Assembly (NCBI RefSeq): GCF_964355755.1
Contig: NC_092670.1
Coordinates: forward strand, 36,878,388-36,942,387
Length of the DNA stretch: 64,000 bases
Reading direction: 5' to 3'
Source: Antedon mediterranea
Lineage: Eukaryota; Animalia; Echinodermata
The first letter of the stretch is position 1. Each line of letters opens with the position of its first letter. The position numbers and the translations under genes were made by a program. Positions 20,201 through 33,060 of this stretch are shown here, piece after piece. The notes beneath the pieces were generated by a model. That model was given only the letters and a program-made list of their open reading frames with translations, was not told the origin of the DNA and searched no databases.

Positions 20201-23010
20201 TTAAAATGGCATTAAAAAAAAAATGTTTAAACAATTATTTTTTTTGGAGGACAATATATCTTTAAAGAAAAAAATGTTAAATGAAATGACACTAACTTGA
20301 ATACATCATAGGTATCTACTAAAGCTAAAAAACCAGTTGGGAACGCCGATGCATATGATATAAACGCTGCCAGTTCACTGGATTTGGTTTGCTCTTCAAC
20401 AATCTCAAGATGTTTGGAAACCTTTGACAACCACTGTTTGCATAGCTCTTTAAAATTCTTCTTTTCTGCGCTTCCATTTGCTGGTTTTATATCCTTTAAA
20501 ATACATTTTTTAGTTTATTTCAACAATTTCCAGACAGGGTTAATCCTCTCCGACGAGAGGGGCAGGGGCCCAGGTCGGGTTTTGATACTACAGTAAGTTG
20601 GACAACACTAACAGGGGTGAATGGGTTATTACTATAGAGTGCCTACAGTACGAGTAGTGATGAAAAATTGGAGTAGAAAACATTGTATGTTGATTTTGCA
20701 CCATAATTTGAAATGATTACAACCGTATACTACTACAGTACTACAGTGTTATGGCTTTCTGTGGATCTCAATAGATATATCTATGTAACACTGATTTAAA
20801 ACAATACACTAAAGCTCTGTCTACACTATCAAACGTTATGTGACAAAATAATGTGATTATATGGAACACGATGATGTCATATCACTATCATATTTAAGTA
20901 TAACACTACCATATTTGGGCACATCACATTATTTTTGTCAAACTAGTTTAATAGTGTAGTCATAGCTTTAAATATATTTAACATACAATGCCTGAAAGTT
21001 CTTCGAAGCTTGTAAATGACGAAACAAATGCATGAGCGTGAGTCCCACGAACTGGTATACCATAGAGTTTGCCAGCCAATACATTACTGGATCCATCAAA
21101 ACCTATAAATGTAGAAAGACACAGAGAAGGTACCTAAAATGCATTAAAATCACAATTGAAGCTCCTGTCTACACTATCAAACTTTATGTGACAAAAAATG
21201 TGATGTGCCCATATATGGACATGATGATGTCATATCTCTACCATATTTGGGAATATCACTACCATATTTGGGCACACCACACTTTTTTGTCAAACTAGTT
21301 TGATACATAGTGTAGACAGAGCTTTAGTAAGGCTTTTATAATCATTACTTTGTTTAAATTCAATATTTCATTGGAAGACAAAACAGGTTTTGACTGCATT
21401 CATTGTGCTGGTACAATGGTCTCAATGTGAACAAAAATGCTTTGTCATCACTCTGTAGTTTTGCAGTAATTTATTTTTAGTCTATTAATCAATCTATCAA
21501 TTAATCAATGTTTGTGTTTGTTTATGAACGACAATTCTCTACTTAAGGGCTTGTGGTGGATGTAAAGGCGTGTGGCGCATTGTGTTGGACGTTCGACTAC
21601 CGATCGTGAGATCGAGGTTCGAATCCAACTCTTGGCGCATTGCTTGTATCCTTAGGCAAGATACTTTACTTACGTTTGCCTCTCTCCACCAAGGTGTATA
21701 AATGGGAACCCAGTTAGATCAAGACACAACTTTGCGCTGATTACTAGCTGCATTATGGGAGTATATTTTCATACGAGTTTGATCCCAAACAAAATGACTG
21801 GGGTAATAATGTTCGGCGCTTAGAGGTTTCACAACATTAGGCGCTATATAAATCCAGGATATTATTATTACTTACATACAGTACTTCTCAGCTTTACTCT
21901 ATACTGTAATTGCAATTTGATTTCTTATTCCATATTCTATTCTACATAATATTACCTCCCATGTAACAATACTTAGAAGCAGTCAAACCCCCATCTGGTC
22001 CCTGTGCTCTTCGCAACCCAAACTCAAGAAGGGACTTCTTTTCCCCTGCAGCCAGCTTAAATCGAGCTGCATTTGTAGCTACAAGACTGAAAATAAATTA
22101 AAGTATGATTTATATTAAAAGATGCTTAGTTTTCAAGGGGTTGTTGCAGCTGGATGTCTTCTGATTTTAAATTTTCAATCCATCTTTCTTCTATCCTTTG
22201 AATGTTAACTTTATTCAAATGTTTTGTTTGATTCTACACAATAATAAGTTACAATTTTTCATCCAACCTGGCATAGTTGATCAGCGTTAACAGCGTGGTC
22301 TCTAGGAGCTGAGCCACGGGTAAAGGTCCTTCGACACGCAATAACGGTATTCTTGGGAATACAACGGTGCCTTCTGGGATAGCATACAGCGTGATCTTGG
22401 AGGCATCTAAGTTGTGGAGGTAGTCAAAGAACTCAGGTTCAGTCGTCGCAGGCAACACTGATTTTAGATATGTAATATCTGGAGGCAAAGAAGAACATGT
22501 AAGCACTAGCTAGAGAAGGAGGCTATCGATCGAGAAAAAAATTTGAAAACAATTTAATATATTAAATTATTAATACTGTGCTGTATTTATAATAATAGGC
22601 CTACTATTATATTAATTAATAATAATTAATAATAATATTTAGATTGTTTGTGTCTGTTTATACATAGTTTTCATGACTGGATGCACTAACAAAAACAAAT
22701 TGTGCACACTCAAAGGTATACATGGTATATAGCCTAGGCCTAGGCTAAGGCTATATATCCTAAGCCTACCTGAATCGGAGAACTTAAATTTCTTCAGGAA
22801 TTTTAGGCAATCTCCCAGGCCAGCGAAAATGGTAAATTCCCCACCGAATGGGCTTCTTCGAAAATACAGATCAAAGACTGCGTTGGAAGTGCGTTTCTCA
22901 CACTTCCAGTACGCGTATGCCATTGTTATTTGATAAAGGTCTGTCAATAATGGCTGTACGACACCATTTGGAACTTCTGATGAAGATAAAAATTCAGTAG
23001 AAGTTTCCAT
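14218..23010 (-). CDS. NAPRT: Nicotinate phosphoribosyltransferase, ~550 aa, 13 exons
   Basis: Exons (minus strand) 23010-22770, 22478-22268, 22086-21956, 21102-20987, 20493-20297, 19744-19604, 18621-18537, 18127-18047, 16857-16755, 15980-15892, 15140-15069, 14627-14520, 14295-14218. Motifs [70 protein letters not shown]. Confidence 0.97.
14719..15010 (+). mobile_element. Deu/Nin-like SINE, copy 2 (NAPRT intron)
   Basis: Near-identical core to 2189-2420 (AGAACAAGTCTTCTCGGATAAGGACTATAAACC, CTCATGTGCACTTTAAAGA). Confidence 0.7.
15225..15368. repeat. 21-bp minisatellite (~7 units) expanded inside a MITE-A copy
   Basis: Unit ATATCACCACCATATTTGTGT; other MITE-A copies carry 1-3 units. Confidence 0.9.
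16906..17105 (+). mobile_element. tRNA-derived SINE family (further copies 41481-41700, 61321-61545; fragments ~19786, ~43795)
   Basis: GAGTTGTGGCTTGGTGGTTAAGATG...GGGTTCAAGTC, followed by shared GATTTTTTCTAATGACAA...AAGACTTGTAATAAGACTTTG...GGATTGCCACCTT. Confidence 0.75.
21566..21870 (+). mobile_element. tRNA-derived SINE with CORE-like domain and L2/CR1-type tail (further copies 44595-44845, 51332-51617)
   Basis: B-box GGTTCGAATCC; TGTATCCTTAGGCAAGATACTT...TGCCTCTCTCCACC...TGTATAAATGGG resembles CORE; ends GCGCTTAGA...GCGCTATATAAAT(ATT)n. Confidence 0.75.
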
Positions 23011-24587
23011 TTTCCCTTGTTTTGTTCTCTCTGATCCTCCTATTTTCAAGTGTTTGTTGGTGTTTACCGAACGCATGAATGAATAGAGGGCGCAATCCAC
23101 CTTAATTAAAAACTTGTCTCAAAATAATAAATATTGCAAACTGATCGATGATCAAAATGGGATACTTATGTCTTGGCGGGAATAAACAACAAATAAAAGT
23201 TATAAGCATAAATCTAAAATAAACAAAAATTAAGAAAGTTTTAAACTTGTCTAAGGAAAACAATTAATTTAAGGGTAAAAATAATAATCAATATTCATGA
23301 GTCCCATTGTCCAATCACAGAGGATTTAATTCCTCCGTGGTCTACACTTTCCTCCGTCTCTAAAAACTAATTTGCATATTTAAAAAAAAAAAGAGTAAGG
23401 GGTTGGGGTATATATAGGCCTAGACTAATTTGTATGGTGATCAAGAAAATAAGTCTAGATGCTACTAACAAACTAAACTTCTGTGCAGGCTAGGCCTGTC
23501 AGTCATCATGTTTAGTAATGACAATTCCACCATTTAACTGTAGCCTATCTCTCTGGCAAGATTCCTATCGTGTTGTTAGTTTATAGGACTTTTACAGAAT
23601 TGAGGAAAATGGCAAAATGAGAACACTGTGGTCATTTAAAAAGAGTTGTCAAAAAAACAATAGAGATTATTTGATAACAATCCTAATATGTAGGGAAACC
23701 TTTGCAATTTTTCCCCAGACTGATAGATAGATCTCCACCTCCACGAATCAGCGCGCCGCCGTAACTGTCCTTCCACCCTAAATTTATCACCTATTTTTTA
23801 TGTTTAAATTTAAATTCAATGTGATCTATGACCAATGGGTCCACTAAGGAGTCATTATAGTAATTTTCCTTCCTTTTACCAAAAGCTACAAATAATGTTC
23901 ATAATCTTTTTACAGTTGTTTCCTATTATCACTTTTACTACACAAAGCCGTTCACAAATTGTTGAAGGCAGATAAAGTTCAAAATACATTTGCTGTAAAA
24001 CGAACAAATTACAATTTATATGACATTTTAACAATTTTAATCATAATGAAAAAAAAAATCATAGTATTTTATTGATAATATATAATAATCACTTTTTGAA
24101 GAGGGCAATTACTCGTTGTCATTCATCATCATTCATTACCATTACGCCTATACACGCAAGATACGCGTGTAAAAAATGACTGAAAATGGCTATATACGGT
24201 AATTGTCGGGTACAATGTTTACTTTCAGCGATATAACAGTGTTATTAACCAATCAAATATATTGATTAATGTTGTTATGGTTACTTGATCTAGTCGTCAT
24301 CTCTGTTTAAAATTCTTGGTTGAACCAAACGCCGTCACTTTTACATTGCAAACTCAGCAATACAAGGTATGTGCAATACATATTATAAATATTTTATATA
24401 TTCATCCTTATTTTTTAATTTATTGAATGGGTCCGAAACTTTCGGTCCATCATTCGTTCACTCATACTTCTTTTTTTCATTGGTTTCTCCCATTTTTATT
24501 CTTTCCTTGATGTAAGCGTGATACAGTATAAAGTAATTTATAGTGTTCATTATTTCGGTTGTTTCGGCAGAAGATCACTGGTCCATC

Positions 24588-27500
24588 ATGATGCGTTTGA
24601 ATAATTCACATCACCAGATAGTTCTGAAGATATTTCTATCATCCAGTATGCTGTTTCAGTCGTGCAGTTGTTGTAAGTAACAAACAATTAAATGGAACAT
24701 TATGGCCTTAAGCTCTGTCTACACTATCAAACTAGTTTGACAAAAAATGTGTGATCATGCCCAAATATGGTAATGATATTCTCAAATATGGTGATATGAC
24801 ATCATCATGTCCATACATTGGCACATCACATTTTTTGTCAGTTTGATAGACAAGGCTTTCCAAATAAAAAAGAATGTATGGGTAAAACAAAGTTTCACGC
24901 CGGTCAGCCAGCAGAGACGTACAGGTGGTCGGTTGCAACAGGACACTGAGCGAGCTCGCCTTGTCAAGATAGGAACTCGTAACACTTTATCGTATGTCTG
25001 GCTGCGACAAATGCAGTACTGTAATATGAACATCATAAACTCCGTGGCGCGTGGTGACTCATTAGGGTCGTTACACAGCCACAGATAAACCCTTTGATCT
25101 CTGGAGTTTAGCATCCTCTTGTTAGATTGCCTAGGTTGAGGGAGAAGGTGAACTTGGGAAAAACCGAACACAAACTTGTATTTGAATTTCTAAAAGTTGG
25201 CTCTTATACTCCCTGTTTTTTTAACAACTCATTTCATATAATATTTTCATTTATGATAGCCTACGTATCGTACAAGAAGGAAGCTGAACTGTTAACAAGT
25301 TCCAACTTGTTCTTTCCACCAAGTGCTGACGCAGTTACAGACGGCAGTGATGACGTGTGTTTACAAACCGGTAGGTCTAAGAAGTTTTTTTTGTGGGAGG
25401 TGGGGGGGGGGGGTGTGATAGGTGGTTCTTTTTTACATACTGATACGGTATATTAATTCTTATTCTTAAAATGATAGGTCTTAAAATTAATTTTGCATGT
25501 TAGGTAAATATGGTTCTTACATTTTTCAAGAATATTACTCAAGAACATTATCAATCCTTTCAATATTCAAGATTCAATTTCATTTTGCCAATTAAAATGT
25601 AAATAATATGAGTACATTTTCAAAATTTTAAAATGTATATTAATAAAATTATTAACAATATACAATATTTATATTATGGAAACCAATCAATATATTAAAA
25701 ACAGTACATGAATACTACAGGGATACAAATTTTTAAAAGCAACATTATAAGAACATAAAAAATATTGTAAACATTACAATCATTATACAGGTTCAATAAT
25801 TAGTTAAAATATGCAATAAAACTGACTACAAAAAAAGTAAAAATGAAAATGCTGACTTTACTATGTTTAGGCCTAATTGATTCAATTTAGATTATTCAGA
25901 GTTATACAACCTGATCGAGTAAGGAACAAAGGATAATTTATATCTCTCGGTTCTACATCTAATAGATCTACCAAACAGATCATTTCTCTCAGAGCGCATT
26001 TTATGATAATTACTATATAACGGGTGTTTTACGTTTTAGCTTTCTGAATATTAGGTTTTAGATTTAATACATTTATGACATATTTCCTTCAGCGAATCAT
26101 TCATTTCTGTGAAGTGTAATATGCGATCATTCATTTCTGTGAAGTGTAATATGCGATCATTCATTTCTGTGATAAAAAAAAGTGTAATATGCCCAAATAT
26201 GGTAGTGATAATGACATCATCATGTCCATATAATGGGCACATCACACTTTTTGTCACCTTAAAGTTTGATAGTGTAGACGGATAGACGGAAGTTAGTGAG
26301 GATTTTTGCTTTATTTTTAACCCAATGGTGGCGTTAAACCACAATTATTTTTTACAGTTTATACTAACAATAATATTATCATGGATTTATATACTGAGCG
26401 CTTAATGTTGTGAAACCTCTAAGCGCGATGTATTTCAGTTCCCAACTCCCCTTTACGTTTAGAATTACGAGGCTACTCGGAAAACGTGTCGTGCATCTAT
26501 CTAAAAAAATATTGTTTTTTTTTTCTTTTTCTATGCATAAGATTTGTCACTGCAAATTGATATGGAAAGGTCATACAGTATTTCATTGGTGACAATTATA
26601 AATCATATTGGTGGTAAATATATTTTTATTAATTTTTTTAACGAAAATTATTGCCATTATGGCAAGCGTCGTACATGAAATACTTTAAAAATGTTAGCTG
26701 GTTTAGCGTCAGGTTTGCTCCTGTTGTTACATGTGTATTGTTAGAGCTGATTCTCGTACTATTTAATGTGTCTGTATCATACACATATTCTGTGATACAC
26801 CATCACATGTGAAACACATACATTAACATAATTACCCAACCTTCCATGATGATACTGGCATCACATTTGAGACTTATGAGATGCTGTATTATAGGGAATA
26901 TGCCTATGATTTTGTCATAGATGGAGATATATCATGAATCGGTCAGTTAGCAACCTAACAACATGATGTATCAAAAGGGGTATCTCTGGCTGCGACACGA
27001 TCAGACACCGCGCGCTGTAATTACATCGTACAGTACTGGTATTTGTCGCAGCCAGACATAAGATCAAAGGACTGTTATGAGTGCCTATGTATCTTGGCAA
27101 GGCGAGTTCAGTATCTTGGCAAGGCGAGTTCAGTATCTTGTTGTTAGATTGCCTTGGTACACTCTAATTGTGCATTATGACGTGTACCTATTTATATAAT
27201 CCTAACAATGGTTTTCTGATTTGTCATAGAATACAGAAGAGGTTTGATTGGTAGTCAAGTTGAAGTATCGAATACTCTTTGTGGTCCTGTTATAAATGAA
27301 AGCATGGTCAACGAAAGTGCCATCGTTGACGTCATCTGTAACCCGCCTGTGACTGGTCAGCATGTGAGGATACAATTTGGAGGATTTCTTCAGTTCGTTC
27401 ACATTTGTGAAATCCGCGTCTACAGTGATGAAATTGAAAAGAGTTAGTGACTAAATATTGTAATTTTATTAAAACATCACTGAGTGAGGCATGATTACAT

Positions 27501-29729
27501 TTTTATATATAGAATTTTGATGTGAGTGAAAAATGAAATTAAAATGAAAAAATAACAAATGTTGATTTTCAGGTGAATGCACTTCGGATCCCCATGCTCG
27601 AGATTATAGAGGAATTGTCGATGTTACAAGCAGTGGTATAATCTGCCAAAAATGGACCGCAGTTTGGCCTCATATCTCCTGGTACCGGTTTGGAGATTAT
27701 AATCTTTGCCGTAATTCAGATTGGGATACGGCTTGGTGTTATACAATAGATCCAGCGGTCAGGTATCGAAGGTGTGACATCCCAGAAACCGGTAGCACAT
27801 GTCCACGTGGTAAGACTGAGACTAAAGCTCTGTCTACACTATCAATCTACTGTAGTTTGACTATAAAAAGTGTGATGTGCCCAAATATGGTAGTGATATG
27901 CCCAAATATGGTAGTGATATGACATCATCGTGTTTATATATGGGCACGTACATTTTTTGGCACATAAAGTTTGATATTGTAGACAGAGCATACAACAAGC
28001 ATAACCTACCATAAATTATGTAACTTTTCTTATTTATTATAATATTCCCCAATTGTTGATACTTCTGTTTCAAGAACAAACATTATTTTATAACCTGTTC
28101 ATTTAAAGAAGTTGAAAATCCTACACAAACATTATGCTCCAAATACTATTATCATTATATTGATGCGTTTACAATTTATTTGTTGTTGTGTGTTTTTTCT
28201 TTAAATTAGGCTAGATGTTTCTTATTCATGTTTTTAGACAAATATGAAGATAATTTACAACCTTTAAACATTTGCAACGGGGTTTCTCATTGGTTGATGC
28301 ATGACGATTCAAAGTTTGCTTCAGGAGTTTATGGCGCTTCGGAACAGCCAATCGAAATTAACGTACCATCGAACATCATAGCCAGCATACCGAATGGCAG
28401 ACGATTCGATACCTGTTCGAATAGTTTCACACTGGCCTTTTACATTTTCCCTTACAGACACTCAAACGGACCAATACTAACATTTGGTAACACAGACAAT
28501 ACAAGGTTCACCATTGTGCAGGTAATCCCCAACGGTGCATATAACATGTATAATTCAGATATAATAGTATCATACGGGAACTCTGACGTTCTTCGAACGA
28601 ATGTCCTGCTTCCAGAGACTTGGACGTTTCTGGCTATAACGTTTGATGGTCAGCATAAGCTTCTGACGGTTTGGCGAGACGGGGAAATTGCAAGAATTGC
28701 AAACACTGCGTTTACAAGTATAGATATGGACTTTGACGACATTCAGTTTGGATTGTTCGACAACAGTTTTGATGGAGTAGTAGCGCACGTAAGCTGGTTA
28801 CAAATGTATGGTCGAGTTTTAAATGAAGCGGAGGTAAAGGCAGCGAAAAACAAACGTACATAAAGTTATATTATATAAAGCAAAGCTTGGTTCCCACAGA
28901 GACGGACATGCAATTATTTACGTTGACGCGCACGCGCACTTCCCTGTCTCAGTGAGAACCAAGCTTTAGTGATACGACAGTTATCCAATTTTGCCGCTTA
29001 TGATTGGTACAATTATTTACGTTGACGCGCACGCGCACCTCCTTGTCTCAGTGGGAACAAGCTTTAGTGATACGACAGTTATCCAATTTCGTCGCTTGTA
29101 ATTTGTCAAATTATTTACATCGACGCGCACCTCCCTGTCTCAGTGGGAACCAAGCTTTAGTAATACGACAGTTATCCAATTTCGCTGCTTATGATTGGTA
29201 CAATTATTTACGTTAACGCGCACATTCTTGTCTCTGTGGGAACCAAGCTTTAGTGATACGACAGTTATCCAATTTCGTCGCTTGTAATTGGTCAAATATT
29301 TACATCGACGCGCACCTCATTGTCTCAGTGGGAACCAAGCTTTAGTGATAGGACAGTTATCCAATTTCGCCGCTTATGACTGGTAGAATTGTTTACGTTG
29401 ACGCGCACTTCCTTGTCTCAGTGGGAACCTAAAATGGCTTATGAGTCTTAAATTGTATTAGCACAGATACGGTATTTTATTTTTCAGAGATTGAAAAATG
29501 CGAGGGTTTATTCCAAGAAGTCACACCACAAACTAAAAATGTTGAAGACCGTCCTATACACATCTCTTCAAGTCCAACCGTCACTATGTGTGCCATCCGA
29601 TGCCGCTACAATCTAAGTTGTTTTGTTTTTCACCACAACAGCAGCACATGGACATGTTCACACTATCAAAGTGCAATAGTTGATCCGTCGATCACTGGAA
29701 AGGTTTACCAATGGAAACAGAGAATTTGA
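24588..29729 (+). CDS. Secreted mosaic protein: signal peptide + degenerate F-type-lectin/F5-8C-like + kringle + LamG/ConA-like + PAN/Apple, ~500 aa
   Basis: Exons 24588-24672, 25260-25370, 27230-27442, 27573-27809, 28238-28855, 29488-29729, all separated by phase-1 introns. Kringle: DYRG..SSGIICQKW..NLCRN..AWCYT..C. LamG: SFTLAFYI..WTFLAITFDG..VWRDG..LQMYGRVLNEAEV. PAN: CAIRC..C..F..C. The 5' exons are less certain. Confidence 0.75.
26948..27155. mobile_element. Small TIR element; inverted partner copy at ~24945-25132
   Basis: Termini GCAACCTAACAAC...GTTGTTAGATTGCC. Internal TATGTCTGGCTGCGACAAAT and CTCGCCTTG(C/T)CAAGATA are shared in opposite orientation with 24945-25132. Confidence 0.55.
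28883..29430. repeat. Tandem array (~92-98-bp units, ~6 copies) of the terminus of a GGTTCCCAC-TIR MITE
   Basis: Opens with AAGCTTGGTTCCCACAGAGAC; each unit ends GTCTCAGTGGGAACCAAGCTTTA; units alternate between two variants. Confidence 0.85.
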
Positions 29730-31007
29730 ATGTTTGATTAACTGATCTGTAATTGATTGAGTATAATTTTTGAATATAAATGTTGTAAAATATTATACTG
29801 TATATCGTAGCACGCGTGGACGAGACTGGCGGCGTAGCTCTGTCTACGTCACTATCAAACTGTTTGTGACAAATAAGTGTGATGTACCCAAATCTATGAT
29901 AGTGATATGATTAAATATTGTAGTGATATGACGTTATTATGTCCATATATGGGCAAATCACTTTTTTTGTCACATAAAGTTTGAAAGTGGTCTTCGATCT
30001 GACGCGTCGAAGTGACACTAACTATACGTATAGATTTGATTAAAACGCGTTTTATTCGCTAAAAACGCAATAGAGTCTTTTCCGAATAATTCGCATTGTG
30101 CAATACAATGAACTGACGTTGTAGATTTATAATACAGTTATAACTATTGAATTTCAATATTAATTCGTAAATTGCGTATGTCAACGATTCATTAAGGTAC
30201 CTTCAATTTTCTAAATCCATATTTTGAACAAAATATTACCAATAATACATTTTTCATTATTTTATTTCCTTCTACATTTTGAAAGCTACAGTATAATAGC
30301 AAATTTCAATCATAATAAAAATAATGTAAAACTACGTGTAACTTCATGACATCCTATTCAAACAAAGGTGATTTTTTTAATGGTATATTACATTTCTTAT
30401 ATGATTATATTTATTTATAGTTAATAATTTATCTTATTTTTATTATTTTTTTTTTATCTTTCATGGGAATCAGCCACCTTTATTGTAGTTTCTTATCATT
30501 TTCATTAACATGACATAACTAGGTATTTATGAAAGTTTTTAATACAATCAATTTAAACCGATGTATAATGTTCATAAGATATCATTCTAAGTTACATTTT
30601 TGGCATATAAGATGAAGATATAGAAGAACCGTATTAAAATTTTAAAATAGTATATAATGTGTGAAATATAGGCCTACATTACATTTTATTTTTTAAATTG
30701 TACTGACAGATAATTGAAAATACTGCAGAAATTATAACAGCTTTATGAAAAAAAATGTTTTTAATTATTTATTATAATTGTTTTGCACGCTCTTACATTT
30801 TTTATTCTGCAAAAGTGTTGTTGAATTTTTGGAAGTTTTAATGATTTAGAAAAATATAAACATAAATACGGTAGTATACAAAAAGTAAGAGAATTGTTTT
30901 ATTGTTTTAATCAATTTAGTTGCAGATGTTTCATGGTTTTAGAACTTTGTAAAACTTTACTATGTGCTTTTTGGCAAATTACGACTTAGTTTAATCAAAT
31001 ACTATAA

Positions 31008-31186
31008 AGCGTGGTTCCCACTAGCGACGCAACGCAAGGACGTAACGCAACGCAAATGAATTGACCAATCACAAGCGATGGCTTATTCGCTTGTGATTGC
31101 TAACTGTCTATAACTTCGCTTGTCATTGGTTAAAACGCTTGCGTTGCGTTTACGTCCTTGCGTTACGTTCTACTGGGAACCAAGCT
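31008..31186. mobile_element. MITE family B (~180 bp, Harbinger-like); near-identical copy 63123-63300; diverged relative ~35305-35455
   Basis: TAA|AGCGTGGTTCCCACTAG...CTA(C/G)TGGGAACCAAGC(T)|TAA, with internal inverted ACGCAACGCAAG repeats. Confidence 0.85.
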
Positions 31187-31988
31187 TAAGCAAAAAAACC
31201 CACTAAACATTAACAATGCTTAACAAACATTAGGCCAATCGGTAATATCTTTTTAATACATATTACGTCAATACAATCAAAAGTAAAGTGAACAAGATAG
31301 GTTGAAAAGGTTAGCCTAACGAATTAAAGATACATACGTATAATTAGTATATAACAATTTCCAACATTAAAACCTTAATAAATGGTATACTGAAGGTTAA
31401 TCAATAGTACATGGTATAATTTTATGTTTTTATTGTCTGTAACTAATAAGATAAGCCAATTATACTTAATGATATGTTTTATTATATCCGGTGTTTAATC
31501 GAATATTAAAAACTTTGATCTCGGTTATTTTATTTTGTATTCAGTTGACAACAAACAGCGATGAAACCGTCATTAACAGGTTGAATCTAAACATAATAAA
31601 CTATAATAATATATTCATATTAGCAATAATAACATAAACTTAGATTGGAACATTAACAGAGATTTAAACATTTTACACTTAAATACATTTAAACTATCAT
31701 GAAATAAATCAGTATATCCAAACAAGTAACAAGTACACTATTAAATGTGTTAGGTACGGTAACCGCTGAAAAATTCCTTGTATTGTGCATTCAACACGAC
31801 CACAAGGAACGTGAAGCAAACACTTGCTGCGAGTACGAGTTGGTATATTCAACTTAAACAAAGCAACAAGAGGACAATCATAAACAGAATTGAAAGAATT
31901 GTATAAAAAAAAACATATCAAAAACAACTCGAAGAGGAATAAGAGAAACATTATAATTAGGACAAGTGCGAGTAAGGAATCTAATCAA

Positions 31989-32052
31989 TTTGTTGACCAT
32001 CACTATTTGTTGACCATCACTATTTGTTGACCATCACAATTTGTTGACCATA
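31989..32052. repeat. 17-bp tandem repeat x4
   Basis: TTTGTTGACCATCACTA repeated. Confidence 0.9.
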
Positions 32053-32092
32053 ACTGGTTTTTTAATCGATACGGTAACTACACAACTACTTA

Positions 32093-32557
32093 ATAAAAGA
32101 TAAGAAAAAATGTGAACAATTATTAAGCTATTTATTTTAAAAAAAGCTTCATCTATATTTAAAAATCTACAGTCGCGATTTAGCGGAAGTAAAGGAGAAA
32201 GTCCACTTGTCTAATAGACCAAACATCTAGCTAATCTAAATCTAAAGGTTTTTAAAAGTAAGTTCCATGCAGTTATAAAACAATACATTCAATCAGTACA
32301 CATAGGCAATTAATAAACACTAAGTTAATCAATTAAAAGATAAGAAAAACAATTATTAAGATATTTAAAAAAAAACACACACCTTCATCTTTAAAAATCT
32401 ACACTCGCGATTTAGCGGAAGTAAAGGAGAAATTCCATTTGTCTATATAGATCAAACATCTAGGTCTAATGTTTTTAAAAGTAAATTCCATGCAGTTATA
32501 AAACAATAAATTCAATCATTACACAAGGCGATTAATAAACACTAAATTAATCAATTA
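32093..32557. repeat. Direct tandem duplication, ~230-240 bp x2
   Basis: TAAAAGATAAGAAAAA...CGCGATTTAGCGGAAGTAAAGGAGAAA...TTCCATGCAGTTATAAAACAATA occurs twice. Confidence 0.9.
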
Positions 32558-32814
32558 AATTCACCAGCTTATAAGTAATATTAAATCACACAGCTTTGTC
32601 AAGTCTCGTGTAAAATTTCCAAAAGTCTCGCGCCTACGCAATCTTCTGTAAGCTGCACATCTACGTACAGTCTCCCAAAAAAAGCCGATCTTATGGAAAT
32701 TAAACATTTCAACTTGACAGTTCTGTATAATAATAATATTCACTTAACACAATATTGTGTGAATTATTTAGATATATAGTGTTTAGAAAAGAATATTATT
32801 TGTTCAAACCCAAT

Positions 32815-33060
32815 TATGTCGGCAATCTTTTGCACGTTTTATAAAACTGACACGAATATGTCGGCAATCTTCTGTACGTTAATGAAAATTGACGCGAATA
32901 TGTTGGCAATCTTTCTGTACGTTAAAGAAAACTGACGCGAATATGTCGGTAATCTTCTGTACGTTAGAGAAAATTGACGCGAATATGTTGGCAATCTTCT
33001 GTACGTTAACGAAAACTGACGCGAATATGTTGGCAATCTTGTACGTTTTAGAAAATTAAC
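32815..33060. repeat. ~45-bp minisatellite x5 starting at the TRIM stop codon
   Basis: Unit AAAAYTGACGCGAATATGTYGGCAATCTTCTGTACGTT; the last partial unit overlaps the stop codon and final codons. Confidence 0.9.

Noticed and set aside
21566-21640. tRNA-like sequences here and at 2189, 16906, 42380, 49200, 62655
   Set aside because: Broken cloverleaves followed by shared SINE bodies; not tRNA genes.
25900-26040. Candidate missing middle exon of the F-lectin-like domain
   Set aside because: Frames from the available acceptors hit stops and lack the PWW.VDL motif.
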